From assembly GCA_965649765.1 (NCBI GenBank), contig OZ287751.1, forward strand, positions 76,632,001-76,696,000: a stretch of 64,000 nucleotides of DNA, given 5' to 3'. Origin of the DNA: Bispira polyomma (lineage: Eukaryota). The notes below the pieces were generated by a model. It was not told where the DNA came from and made no database searches. It was given only the letters and a program-made list of their open reading frames with translations. Shown one piece after another: positions 25,549 through 37,695 of the stretch (position 1 is its first letter; each line of letters starts with the position of its first letter). The translations under genes and the position numbers were made by a program.

Positions 25549-28057
25549 GTAAGTGTAGTACTATTTATTATCTAATTATTAAAAGTTACTAAAGTGAATT
25601 TAAACCATAACTACTGAAACTTGAATTGGGTATGTGTTCTTATTGGTATGGCTGAAAGTTAATTTTATGAAATTTGAAAAGATTTGAAGTTTCAAAATGT
25701 TTATATGGTGAAGTTATATGTGGAATTTATGGGTTTAATTTAGTTACCCTTTTTTATTAAAACTAATATAATATGCAATTGCTTCTGTTGCACTGTCATT
25801 ATATGGATTTTTATTTGTCCAATTATGCAAGTATTTTATGTGGTAGGGGAATCTTTTAAGAATAATAATTAAAAAAAATAGTTAACTCGTGTAAAATAAT
25901 TCTGTGTATTATTGCATACCTGATTGTTATATTAAATTGACTCGTTTAAAAATTGACATAGCTCACTTATTACCTCTTTTTTTATCAATCCATCAAAGCC
26001 TTTAATAATAAGATCAGTTCAATTCGTTTGGGCCTTGGTTTTTCATCTTTTAAATTAAACTTGTCAAATGTATATTACTAGCTCTGTGTAAGTGTGATGT
26101 AATGAAGATCAAAAGTAATTTTCCTCCTGACACGCAACTCGTGAGGTGGGGTGAAAACTTTCTGGTTAAAAAAAAAGTACAACTTTGTATTCGTTTTCAA
26201 TAAATTGCTCTGTTGTATGTTAAGAATGTAGTTTACCCTCTTGATTATATTGTATTGGACAGATCTGACACTCACATGCTCGTTTGTAGGGGTAATGTGT
26301 ATTATATTGATGTCTATATTAAACTATCACAAAAAGAAGCATGTTACTTTGGGTGTTCTAATTTATTCTGATGGGTAGAGAACATTTTAGTAAGTGAAAG
26401 CTTTTCCTTTCTGGAAATTCTCCCTTATAAAGTAAAACATGGTTCTGAGAAAATAATAAAAATATGTGCACAGACACACGCTTATCTCCCCCCCCCCCCC
26501 CCCCCCCTCAAAGTAGAACTTAATATATGGTAAGATTTGCCGTGGCATGAGAACTTTATTGATGAATTATATATTTACTAACGACCCCTATCACTTTAAT
26601 GGCCATCAATATTGGTGCCACGTTCTTAGATCCAGTGGTTCCTCCCTATTGGCTAGTAAATCCCCACCTTGCAGGTCACCTATGGCATTTCCAAAGAGTC
26701 CACACTTATGAGCCCCGTCTTTAACGGCCACAAGAAAGGAACTTGCCACCTCACTCAGCGTGACGTATATTGTGTCTGCATGCGGCGGAGTGATTTACAG
26801 TCACACTCATATTTGCCGCGAAAAGAATTCGCGGTTTTGATAAATCGTCTGCAATTGTCTTTTCTGAGATCAAAATAGGGCCCCACATTTTATAATGTAT
26901 TAAATCGTGCCCCATTTTTTTTGACAAATGATAGAAGGTCTCAATATATACATTTAAACACTTAACCCAGTTATAGTTGATGCTCCCCAGTTTGAATTGA
27001 TTATGACTCTTTTTCTCCCACAATTTATCTAGTTATGGAAGATATCTGTCAGTTCTTGACAAGGGTTGTTTGGAAGGAACACTTGTGATGTATGAGGGAA
27101 CTGTCTTGCATTCACTTTCCTGTATTTGAAGAGAGCATTGTTGATATATAAACAGGGCGTTGTTTTATCCTAATTAAATTCCAATACTTTTTGCCGAGTG
27201 GGAAATACCCCAGAGGCTATTTATAGTCAGTGGAAAAACGTGAGACGAAAGAGTAAAAACAAAAGTTAATATATTTGCCAGGTTGCTGAGAATTTTGTAA
27301 TTCTTTATGCTCTAATGGTAGACATTAAATAAAAATTTAAAGTCTTAGTATTTCCCGCCATAGGCTAAAAATGGACCACGTGGTTTAGCCACCTGGTAAC
27401 TGGGATTTGAGAGTGAGGGGAAAAAAGTGAAAAGACAATCCCTCCATATAACCATGCAGACAGACTTCTGTGCTTTTAAACTGCCTTTCCTAATTGAGAT
27501 TAATTAAGTTAAAATGAATAGTAAGTTATTGTACTGTCTAGCTGAGCCTTTCAACTGTGGTTTTGGGCCCCCAAGGCTTATTCTTTGTGTTTTCTTCTCT
27601 CTTTTTTTTTTTTTTTTCTTTCATTACATGAAAAGTAACAAAAAAATGTGGGTGTTATGGGAGGCGAGACTTGTGGCACCTAATACTGTGAGGTAGAGCA
27701 ATTTACAGGTTACACCACAGCCTCCAACCAAAACAGAAAACAGACCCCAGTCCACCTTTTGTGGTTTAGGCTGATCCCTTGATTATTATAATGTTGCTGT
27801 TCCTTGTATTTATGTAAGAGCCTTTGTTGGACATTCAGTAGACCTTGCTGTGGGGACATCTGTGTGTGTAAAAAAAAAAAAAAAAAAAGCTGAAGGAAAA
27901 TTACATGTATATAAAACCTATATAATATATATAATATAACCAACCCGCCCCGCCCCAATAGACCAGGGATGACAAGTGAATACATGAGGTAGAATATTAT
28001 TGTTCTATTTAATTGACTTACTTAAAAGAGTATTTTGCTATTTGTTTTTACCTACAG

Positions 28058-28965
28058 GCGAGAAGGTGAGCCCGAAATTGTGAAGGGCAAATTCTTATGG
28101 GGCAACGCGATCGATTTCAACACACATGCAGTTAACTTTCTGCTGAAGACGGCCAAGACGTACGGCAATGTGTTCACACTGAGGCTCGTCAACCAGCACA
28201 TCACCATCGTGAATGACGTGCACAGCTATGAGGCCCTGCACAAAGAGAGGAACTTTGACTTTGATCCCATCCAGAAACAGGTCAACTGGAATGTGTTCAG
28301 CTTTGTGCTCAAGGACGCCAGGAAGATGATCAAAGACACGGGCAGGACAGTCCGTGGCGAGAACCTGGGCAAGTGTATGACCTCTTTCGCAGACAAGCTA
28401 GACGAGTCCTTCACCACGGTCATGACCGACAAACCCACAGAGGGCAAGTGGATAGATGATGGTCTACGCAAATTTGCCGGCAAGACCCTGTTTGACGCCC
28501 TCTTCAACACCATCTTTGGCTCCCCCAATGGCCACGTGTTCAACTCTCAGAATACCTACCACAACTTTGAAGTCTTCCACAAGTATTTCAACCACTTCTG
28601 GCTCGGTGTGCCAAAAGCCCTTTTCCCATCGGCCATGAAAGCCCTGGGAGAGATGGTACAACAACCCGGATCTGATGAGCTCCTCTCCAGGCCAGATGCC
28701 TCCGACTACATTCGTACCGCAGTGACCTACATGAAGGAGAAAGGTCAAACAGAGAGTGACATTTCGGGACACAACCTGGTCTACTTGCACGTCAACTACA
28801 ACACCTTTCGTCTGGCCTTCTGGGTGATGGCGGACCTCCTAGAAAACAAAGCTGCCTACCAGGCTCTCATGGAAGAACTGCAAGAGGCCATAGCTGTGAG
28901 GAGAGTGGATGATGACAGTCCAGTAGAGTTCACAGGCAAAGACATTGAAAACCTGCCCATTCTAG
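28058..28965 (+). CDS. Cytochrome P450, clan 7 (CYP7/CYP8-like), exon 2
   Basis: Acceptor cctacag|, donor G|gttagt. RREGEP..KG...WGNAIDF....FL......YGNVFT, LFNTIFG and NTFRLAFW align with CYP7A1 (RRQTGEPP, HGHVFT, YLTIFG, NTIPATFW). Confidence 0.95.
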
Positions 28966-28994
28966 GTTAGTACCTGAGCTATAATCCTCTTTGA

Positions 28995-29162
28995 TAGTGG
29001 AACCTCTATTATCTTCTAAATATTTAATGTTATAAACTCTATTCCACTCTCGCCCAAATGTTCAAGTTTTTTCCTATTGTTTAAAAGAGAAATTTCCTGT
29101 TTTATTTTATAAATCTTCTATTGTCCAAACTAAATATGTTTTGGACAATAGATGTTCTACTG
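28995..29162. mobile_element. Tc1/mariner(pogo)-type MITE
   Basis: TIRs tagtggaacctctattatc and gacaatagatgttctactg, followed by TA. Same family as 8348. Confidence 0.7.
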
Positions 29163-31678
29163 TAGTTGGAAGCAAGAGTCTAGCTGGGTTTGTATAGATC
29201 TTTAAAAAAGCAAAACTGTCGAGGGATAGTTAAACCAGAGATCCTTTAAATTAGAATGTGGTCTTATCATATAACTGCAATGTGTGGTCAAAGTGTTTTG
29301 TTGACGAGAAGCTTTCAAGTTGTAAACATTGTTATTGTTTGTATGTCTTGTAATAAGCATGTTTAGTTTATTTTAAAGATCTGTCTATTACTATAGCCTT
29401 ACATAACTATTCAGGAAGTGGGGTTTATTTTTACCACTGTGATCAATCTTTACTGTGTGAGTATGTGTAATCCCAAATAGGTTAATAAGGGGTTGAGTGG
29501 TTTAGTCACTCTGTAGTTTTTGGGCCCAATTCTTCAGTGATTCAGCCTCCCCTATCTATATATACATACATACCAACCCTGGACACACTAATTCTATTTT
29601 CATGGTCACTGAGATGCTTTCTTCAATTAACGTCACTAAAAACTACAACACCCAAAAAAACGTCGGGGGGAAAAGAAAAGTATAACAAGTGTGCATTAGT
29701 GTAAAAGAATTGAGGACGGACGCTTTAAATGAAAGCGAGTTTATATATGTAATTTTATGCTTGCATTACAATATGTGCTGAGATCAGCATAGTTGAGTGT
29801 GTAGTTAATTGACACACAAACTTCTGTAGGTCATTCACTCTGCATAATGTTTAATCCCAGTCCAAGCTTTAAGATCCAATGAATTCACATATCTTACTCT
29901 TATTATTTCCTTAATTCTGATATTTCTTTTGTTTTTTTCCCTGAGCCTTTCATAATCTACTGCCCCTCCCCACCCCCCACCCCTTTACTGTCTCTGGCCA
30001 CTTGTACGCTATTGGCTGAATGGCTCGGATATGTGTTTTTTTAGGGGTGCTAGTAGTAACCTGCTCTGTTATATATTGATAGATTTACTCTAAGCTGTGT
30101 AGTGTTGTCCTGATAACCACAGTAAACATAGAGAAATACACACCCACACAAATGACTCAGCCCAAATTACTCACACAAACATACGTATACAGCTTTACTT
30201 ATTGTTGCATCATTAAGAGCAACTGATCCATAGCTGTCCTAATTCACATCTAGAACATACCTATCTATTCATCCATAAATTTTGTTTGTTTACTTTAAGA
30301 GGGGAATATTCAAAATTTTCATTTTCGTTTCGTGACCAACATGGTATCTGTAGTCCTACCTAAAAAGGTAGTTTTACAATCTACACCAAGTTACAACTTA
30401 CATGTGTAAAGCTGGAAAAAGATGTTTGAGTAGAGGAACTTCTCCTGCTTCCATAAGTTTTTGACTTAAAATGGTCTTGAACTCTCCTTTACTTTAACAC
30501 TTTTTAACTACAGTTGAAGTACACACCTGAATGTTCAAACTGCTATTGACTAGTTTTTAGTAAATAAAACCTGATTATCATAAATAATTAAATATAAAGT
30601 AGCTTTCTCCTTGTAACCTGCCACCCTTCTGGATAATTACAGCTTTCTATTTGTTGATAAATAAAGTCAGCTTAAATTTTAGACAAATCACTGTCAATTA
30701 ACAGTATTTGAGATTAATGTTTCCCGCCATCTTACTCAGATAAATTAATGAAGAAATAAAAAATGAAAATTCAATAAGGTTGAGATCATATGATTCCATA
30801 TATCGATCTGGAGCTATGATCTAAGATATATATAGGGAAGTAGTTGAAATGCCTATAGATTTCAAGGACCTGTTCAATTGAATAGTTATGGTGGATTTTT
30901 AACTGATACAATTATGTAACAGAAAATTCACTTGGTCAATATGTGCTTGTGACCAAAAAAACCCCCAAAAAGTCAAGTTTGTCTCTTGTTTTATATTTAT
31001 TAGGACTAAGAACCTTAACAGAAAATTGTGTTGCAAAGTTATATTAAAAAACAGTATGACAAGGTTAATTAACACTTTGAACTGAGGAAGTGTTTATTAT
31101 CATGATATGGCACGGTTTAAAACCATTTCATCTGCTACTTAAAAGCTATATTAATATTATGATTACTGCAGGGAATTTTTGATAATTTTGTTTTGTTTGT
31201 ATATCGCCTCCATAAACTCTATATTCAAGCAATGGCAATGTATTGTCTGGCTCCTTTTAATCAGCATTGTTAAGATAAGCATTTGTATATTATGTACACC
31301 GTAGATTACTATCTTTATATTACAAACTAGCCATGTATTTCAATAGCCTTTTTTTGTCCCATTAGCATTTGTTTTAAAAAAGATAAGAGAGATTACGTAA
31401 GCTTCTCGGATGTTGTTCTGTTTATTCTTTTCCTTAAGGTTCTTTAGCTTAGATTACAAATTTCCCGATGGTTATTAGATTACGAATTACCCGATGGTTA
31501 TTGTGTAACATATAAGAATTTTTTTTGGCCATTTTGTAAAAATTGGTAAATTGGTACAACTGGTAGAGTAAAATTACTCCCAACACTAGTTGTTACGATG
31601 CCATAGTGTGACCTGTTTAAACTCAATCTGTATTTTCACCAATCTCTAATTTACCCTCTTCTTGTACCCTATTTCCAG

Positions 31679-31857
31679 AGAGTGTATGTCAGGAATCCCT
31701 ACGTCTGTCCAGTGGGGTCTTCATGGTCAGATACGTCCAAGAAGACACCTGGTTCAGCAACTCACAAGGCCAGAAGTACCTGATCCGGAAGGGGGATCGT
31801 GTAGCCATGTACCCTCCAGCCATACACAAAGATCCAGAGATCTTTGAAGATCCATTG
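31679..31857 (+). CDS. Cytochrome P450, clan 7, exon 3 (K-helix ExxR)
   Basis: Acceptor atttccag|, donor |gtaaga. Translates (E)SVCQESLRLSSGVFMVRYVQEDTW...YLIRKGDRVAMYPPAIHKDPEIFEDPL, matching CYP7A1 ESLRLSS...IRKDDIIALYP..HLDPEIYPDPL. Confidence 0.95.
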
Positions 31858-33429
31858 GTAAGAATTTCAACTTTTATCCCATTCTCTTTTTTTTTTTAGT
31901 AATTAATTAATTTTTTTTTTTTTGTAAAAAGGAAACTAAGGTTTTGTTGAACTGTCTTTTTGTTGCATTGTGTTGGCTTTGTTGTGAGCCCCCATCAAGT
32001 TTACATACAGGAAGAACTTCGAAGAAGGTATATAGAAATGGATATGTTTTTCTCACCCCTGAACATTTCCTATACAGCGTGATTGTTTTCAGAATCAATA
32101 TAGGGCCTCCTTGTAGGAAACCAAGGAAAGTGTGTGTGCAGTGTGAAAAATTCTGTCTGCTTTAACACTTCAGAGAGTAACATTTTCATACAGATATATA
32201 CATGTCTATATAACACACAGATGTAGTCGATATAACCTTAAAGGCGGGTGGATGTATTTGTTTAAGTTATTCAATCAATGATAATACAGATTAAGAGGAA
32301 TCCTGGTCGGTTTCAACACAACCCTTTTGTGTCCATGTTAAACAGATCAGTCTATAACAAGTTGGTGTAAATGCATATCATGTGAAGATCAAAGGAGTTA
32401 GGGGTTTTCAAAAGCCTCTTGTCCATTTAGGTCATTTTATGGGTAAAAATATACATACAACACAAGTAGAAGTGTCTGGAAATCTTAGGAATGTTTAAGG
32501 ATTAGTGAAGATAGATATAATTTTTGTGTGTGTATAAAAAGAAATAAGATAAGAGGGGAAAAAAAATTACAAGAAAACTTTTTAACCGTGCCAACTTTCC
32601 AAAACCGACCTCTGTGTTTAATCTGTTATAAAGCTGCCCAGTGATAAAACAAGTTTTTGAATATATAAATAGAGTGATATTGACACCTACTACAAGAATT
32701 AGCATGCATGATAGTATTTTGAAACAATATCGGATACTTTGCAATGTTGACTTCTGGCTGGTACCTTATTTGCCTGGGGCTCTTTGGGGCAAATATAAGA
32801 ATCCCTTTGATGATGTGACCGCCAGATAAAAGCCTTCGTTCCTTTTTTTGGAAAAAAAAAACAATACAATGTATCATCAAGTAACTTGGCCAAACACTGA
32901 CCCAGATTAACACCCACCGAACACTGATAGGAACCAGTTGTTGTCACATCATTACCATAGTAACGGTTGGCCACACTTTTTTATAGAAAACTTAAAAGCT
33001 TTTTTTTAGTACATATATTTCTAAATAGTAACCCAATGTTATGGTGAGGGACCTTATGTTTTTTTATAGGGCAGTTTTGTTACTAAGTAACATAACTAGA
33101 AATGATGGGCGTAACAGTGAATGTATAAATAGATATACATATAGATATAGTACGTCTGACATGTATTTGTTTAGGTATATCTCTAAATAATACGGCTGAC
33201 TATGTTCATACATAAACTGAAGGCTATCAAATAGAAACCAGCGACATTCGCTGATAACGATATTGTCCCGGCATACACAAGATTAACTCTCTAGTTAAAC
33301 AATTTTCCCCCCATATATCTTATCAGTGTAGTAGATTTGCTTGATACAATTAACTTATCAGATGTTCTTATTTTAAACTTATAGTTTAAAAAAAGCCTGT
33401 ACATGTTTCCCTGTGTTCTTTTTTTACAG

Positions 33430-33717
33430 ACATACAAGTACGACAGGTTTGTCGACCAGAAGTTCTATAAGGGCGGCAAAGAAGTGAAGAATCCTGTGAT
33501 AGGATTTGGGTCTCTCTGCCCAGGGAAGCGCTATGCCATCCTCCAGCTCAAGTGGTTCGTCATGACCACACTCGCCCGATTTGAAATGGTTCTAAACGAT
33601 GGGGAACACGCAGTATACGATTCCCAGTACCACGGACATGAAATCCTGCCGCCCGTAGAAGATATCCAGATGAGATACCGAGTGCGGGAAAACCACCCCA
33701 CCCTGAAGTTTGTCTGA
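33430..33717 (+). CDS. Cytochrome P450, clan 7, exon 4 (heme-ligand Cys, stop)
   Basis: Acceptor tttttacag|, phase 0. Translates TYKYDRF...FYKGGKEVKNPVIGFGSLCPGKRYAILQLK...GHEILPPVEDIQMRYRVR...*. Spliced CDS is 1464 nt, giving 487 aa. Confidence 0.95.
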   Translation, partial: TYKYDRFVDQKFYKGGKEVKNPVIGFGSLCPGKRYAILQLKWFVMTTLARFEMVLNDGEHAVYDSQYHGHEILPPVEDIQMRYRVRENHPTLKFV

Positions 33718-36700
33718 TATTAAGTAGGAGAAGAAAGCGAGAGAGAAATAGATGTATAGTACGGACCCTTCCAGACAAAGAGACCCTAAAGTAGTGTGTG
33801 ACATACATTCAACGCATGTACAGTCAGCTTGTCTCAAAAATCGCCACTGATTGGGTGGTAATCGGGGCGGGATTGAACTTAAAAACACGTATCCACAAAA
33901 AGCCTTGATGATCACATATGCTTTCAGAAAGACTGGCAAAGCTTAAAATATATTTATCCCTGATTTTGTGTGTCAAGGTGTGACAAAAGAAGAAGCGGAA
34001 GGAGGGGTTGTCGGGTTAAACTCCACACCTGAAAACCCCAGCGAGACGCTTTATATCCCCACCCGCCTGTGGCACAGGCGTGAATCACGAGCTTTTAGAA
34101 TGTAGAAGCCTGAACTATCTGTATATATATACATGTATATATATAACTTATACATCTGCTGTAGTTCCTATATAGATGGTTAGAAGTGTCAACCACCCCC
34201 ACTGATTCTTCTTCTATTACTGCAACTCCACAGATCTATTACACACACACATGACCCCATGACGACCAACCACTACATATATATTGATTGTGGCTGGTTC
34301 ACACGAGCATTAGAACTAGTGGTTCCCGATCTCACATTGTGTACATAGAACAACTCTGTTCCTCACTGGTTTCTACCACTACTACTAGACTGTGGTATAT
34401 TCTGTACAAAGGAACAATGGGCTTCACCTGGGAATGGTATGACGTGAAAGTACTGACCGATACTACATGTAGAATTCCTCACATATAGACACACAAAATA
34501 TAGACTTGAACTGAAGACGTTTTACTTGAATTGTGTATAATGTATAATTTTTCAAAAGAGCAATTCCTAAATGTATGTGTGTAACTACAATTTCTGGACT
34601 AATATGGAACTATTTTGTGTTTTTGTCTTGTAATTAAAAAACCTAATTATTCCATGTGTACTGATAACTACTGCATTAGTTGTTTGTAAAATAATAATAG
34701 TGATAATAGTGTTTATTCAGAAAAAAAGAAATTGTGTTTAGAAGTTAAATGTGCCCCCCAAAAATAGTTTAAGGTGTTTTTTAACACAGTAAGTAACGCC
34801 CACTCATCATTTAATTTTGAAAGTATTTTACAATGGAAAGTTAATTGCATCTTTTAAAAAGGAACCTTTTTCTGTAATTTCTGATTGAGATGTTGTCTTC
34901 AATTTATTTGCAGTAGTTCAGGATCTATATATCAAATCAATGCACCTTTTGCGTCTTTATATATTTGTGTCTGCTTCAAATTAATAATAATAATTAATAA
35001 TAATAATAAAATATTTTTGTATTTATTTTTGTACGACTATTTTATAATACATAAATTATAGCTAATTATTTATGCAAAGAAAGCGGTTGTGTGTTACTTT
35101 TTAAAGTCTCAGCTTACGTGTATGTTAATTAAATTGTAGTAGTACATTTATTTCCCTTTTATTCTAATTATTATTATAATATATTATTATTTATCTGTCT
35201 TTTTTTTCTTTGGTCAATGATTACGGCTTAATAATCATTAAGTGCTTGATACTGGTGTTTATATATTATTGCGATGAATCTCAATGATTAGCCTACAACA
35301 TTCCATTGTCATAATATATGTCTCTATTTGTTTATTATTATTACTCTAAATATGGTAATGGTTCATATTTCCTCAGTTCTAATACACCAATTGATTTCAG
35401 TAATGACATATCATTGTATGTGGCGACTTGAATGTCGTCAAAAAAACGTGTCCACAGTGTCTTGGCTGTCTGGGTTTTTCTGTGTTTTCTTTTTCTACCT
35501 GGGGTGTTCTCCGTGTTATTTTAGGATTAAATTAAGCGGGTAATTGGGAGATTACTCCCTTGTCCCGGCCACTTTAAGGTGCTGTAATTTGCTTCTTCTA
35601 ATTCATGTACCACCACAGTAAGCTCGCTTTTCCCTCATTTTTTCATGTATTTTTTTAATTTTTTTTTTTTCTGTATGTTTGTGTTGTATATATATCTAAA
35701 TGCTTCTTGTAAATTAAGGCTCAGTAGAAAAGTAGCTGTAGAGTTATTTATTGATCTATTTATTATGTTGTTCTTCTTTTTCTTTTGCTGAATAGTAATC
35801 AAAAGAAGAAACAAATTTAACACACTATAAACAATAAACAAGCTTCACATTCTGTGCCCAAATGTAGTTATTTATATCCTATTTATGTGTAGTTTGTTAA
35901 TGTGCCACTTGATATTGTTAAGCTGTTATTTTATACTTTCTAATTGTAATTTCTTGTTTGTAACCACCAGCACAAGCTTGACGTTAGATTGCTTGACAAG
36001 CCCTATTGACAATAGGCACATTAACACTGTGTTACGGTACACATCCTTGGTCTCAAATGTAGTACAGCTTATTTCTCTTGTGCCTCTTTGGTACCCACAA
36101 ATTCTTTGTCGAGTTATTCTTTTTTCTAAACTGACAGATGTGGTAAGCTGGATTACCATAGCAACACAAAAAGGGGGCTACACCAAGTTAAAGCATATTT
36201 TGGTCAAATAATGTGGGGTTTATTCAATTATTATTTTGAATAGAAAGAAATAAAATTTCAAAATAAATTGGTGGTATTTTTGGTATGCAGTCTTTAAATT
36301 TGTTCTCTTACTTTTAAAATATTTTCTATAAGTAAAATTATCAACATAAAAATTTCTGTATGTACATATATATATATATATTGTAGTGTCAACTTTTAAA
36401 AAGCTAACCATGGGAAATATGTATGTATAAATGTAGACTTAAGTGTTCCTATTTTTCTATGGCTTTATCAGTTGTTAATAATTCCACTGTTCAATTAACG
36501 ATTCGGTTGAGCGATTTTTTTTTTTTAAATGTTCTTTTCTTTTTGTTTTGATTATTTCAGTTACAAATGAGTGCTACTTGATGTATTAAAGTGTATTTAT
36601 TTTTCTTAACTATGCAGGCTAATTTTTTTTTAAAAAAGCAAAATTTGTATCAATTTGATCAAACATAAAAAATGTTGCAAAACAGATCATATTGTACAAT

Positions 36701-37360
36701 TGGAATAGAAATGTGTGGAGTGTAAAGAATTAACTGCAAACAGTGCTAGTCAGTTAGTATTTCATTAGTGTGTCATTAGTGTGATTAGGTTCATGCATAA
36801 CCTATTAGATAACTTGTAAAAGTGAAGTCATGGGATCTTGCTAAAATTCAAAATTTATTGGAAAACATAACTTCTTTAGAAAGTAGATGATAACTAGTAA
36901 TTCTCTATTGAGAAACCTAATCTTTCTGGTCTTTATTTTGGTTGTATTATTTCTAGTAGTATCACCGGGTAGATTGTACCAATCTTTTTTGAAAGACATT
37001 TATTTTCTTCTTCAAAAAATTATAATATCCATGTACATAATTATGTGTATCACTTTAATTGTTTTAGGGAGAAACACCAAGAAGAAACAAATCCTATCTT
37101 GTGCTCTGGATAATCTTGCCATGTTTAAAAGAGTTGTTTTGAGAGATTTATACCAAGTCATCCCCTGTCGCCAGTTCACGTAACCATATAATCATCAAGT
37201 CAATGCATTTAAAATGTAGTTGTTCATACACCTAATGCAAAACAAAAAAAATGAGTATCATTTCTTCATCTAGACGTTGTGCATCATTTTTTGTTATTGT
37301 TATATTGTATACGTGTATAAAATAAATTATTATAAATTCCAATAAAATTATATATTATAA
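33718..37360 (+). other. Probable long AU-rich 3' UTR of the P450 gene (end point uncertain)
   Basis: No recognisable TEs until the SINE at ~37470. AATAAA at 35005, 35833, 36262, 37321 and 37341. Confidence 0.4.
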
Positions 37361-37469
37361 TCTTCTGAATTTTCATGTGTCATAATTGCTGTCCTTGTGT
37401 TTTTTATGTGAACACAATATATTCCACTGAACCATTGAAATTTCAACAACAATTGGTTCTATCCAAGCT

Positions 37470-37695
37470 GCTAGCCTGAAGATTGTACCCTCGCCCAAGG
37501 TACTTCAAACAAAATTGTCCCTCTCCACCAAGGTGTATAAATGGACCTTAGTCTTTGCACCATATGTGGCAGTATGCTTCCTGAGAGAGCTGAGACTGAA
37601 CAATTGGTTGACAAGTGGAAGAAATTAGGCTGGGAGTGTAAATTGTAAAGTTGCAGGAAACCACAACAGAGGTGATAGACTATAAACCTACACAC
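37470..37695 (+). mobile_element. CORE-domain-like SINE, family B, 5'-truncated
   Basis: gattgtaccctcgcccaagg...ctctccaccaaggtgtataaatgg...acagaggtgatagactataaacctacac, colinear with the 41394 copy. Confidence 0.75.

Noticed and set aside
28226-28790. Antisense and alternate-frame ORFs over P450 exon 2 (likewise 33560-33939 and 6910-7143)
   Set aside because: Shadow ORFs produced by the codon bias of the real exons.
31451-31502. Small local duplications (also ~4138-4185, ~7356-7404, ~39513-39558)
   Set aside because: Ordinary two-copy slippage duplications of 23-26 bp with no sign of function.
25460-33717. P450 as a pseudogene because of its aberrant motifs
   Set aside because: The 487-codon frame is continuous, splice sites are canonical, and the anchor, ExxR, axial Cys and promoter are all retained.
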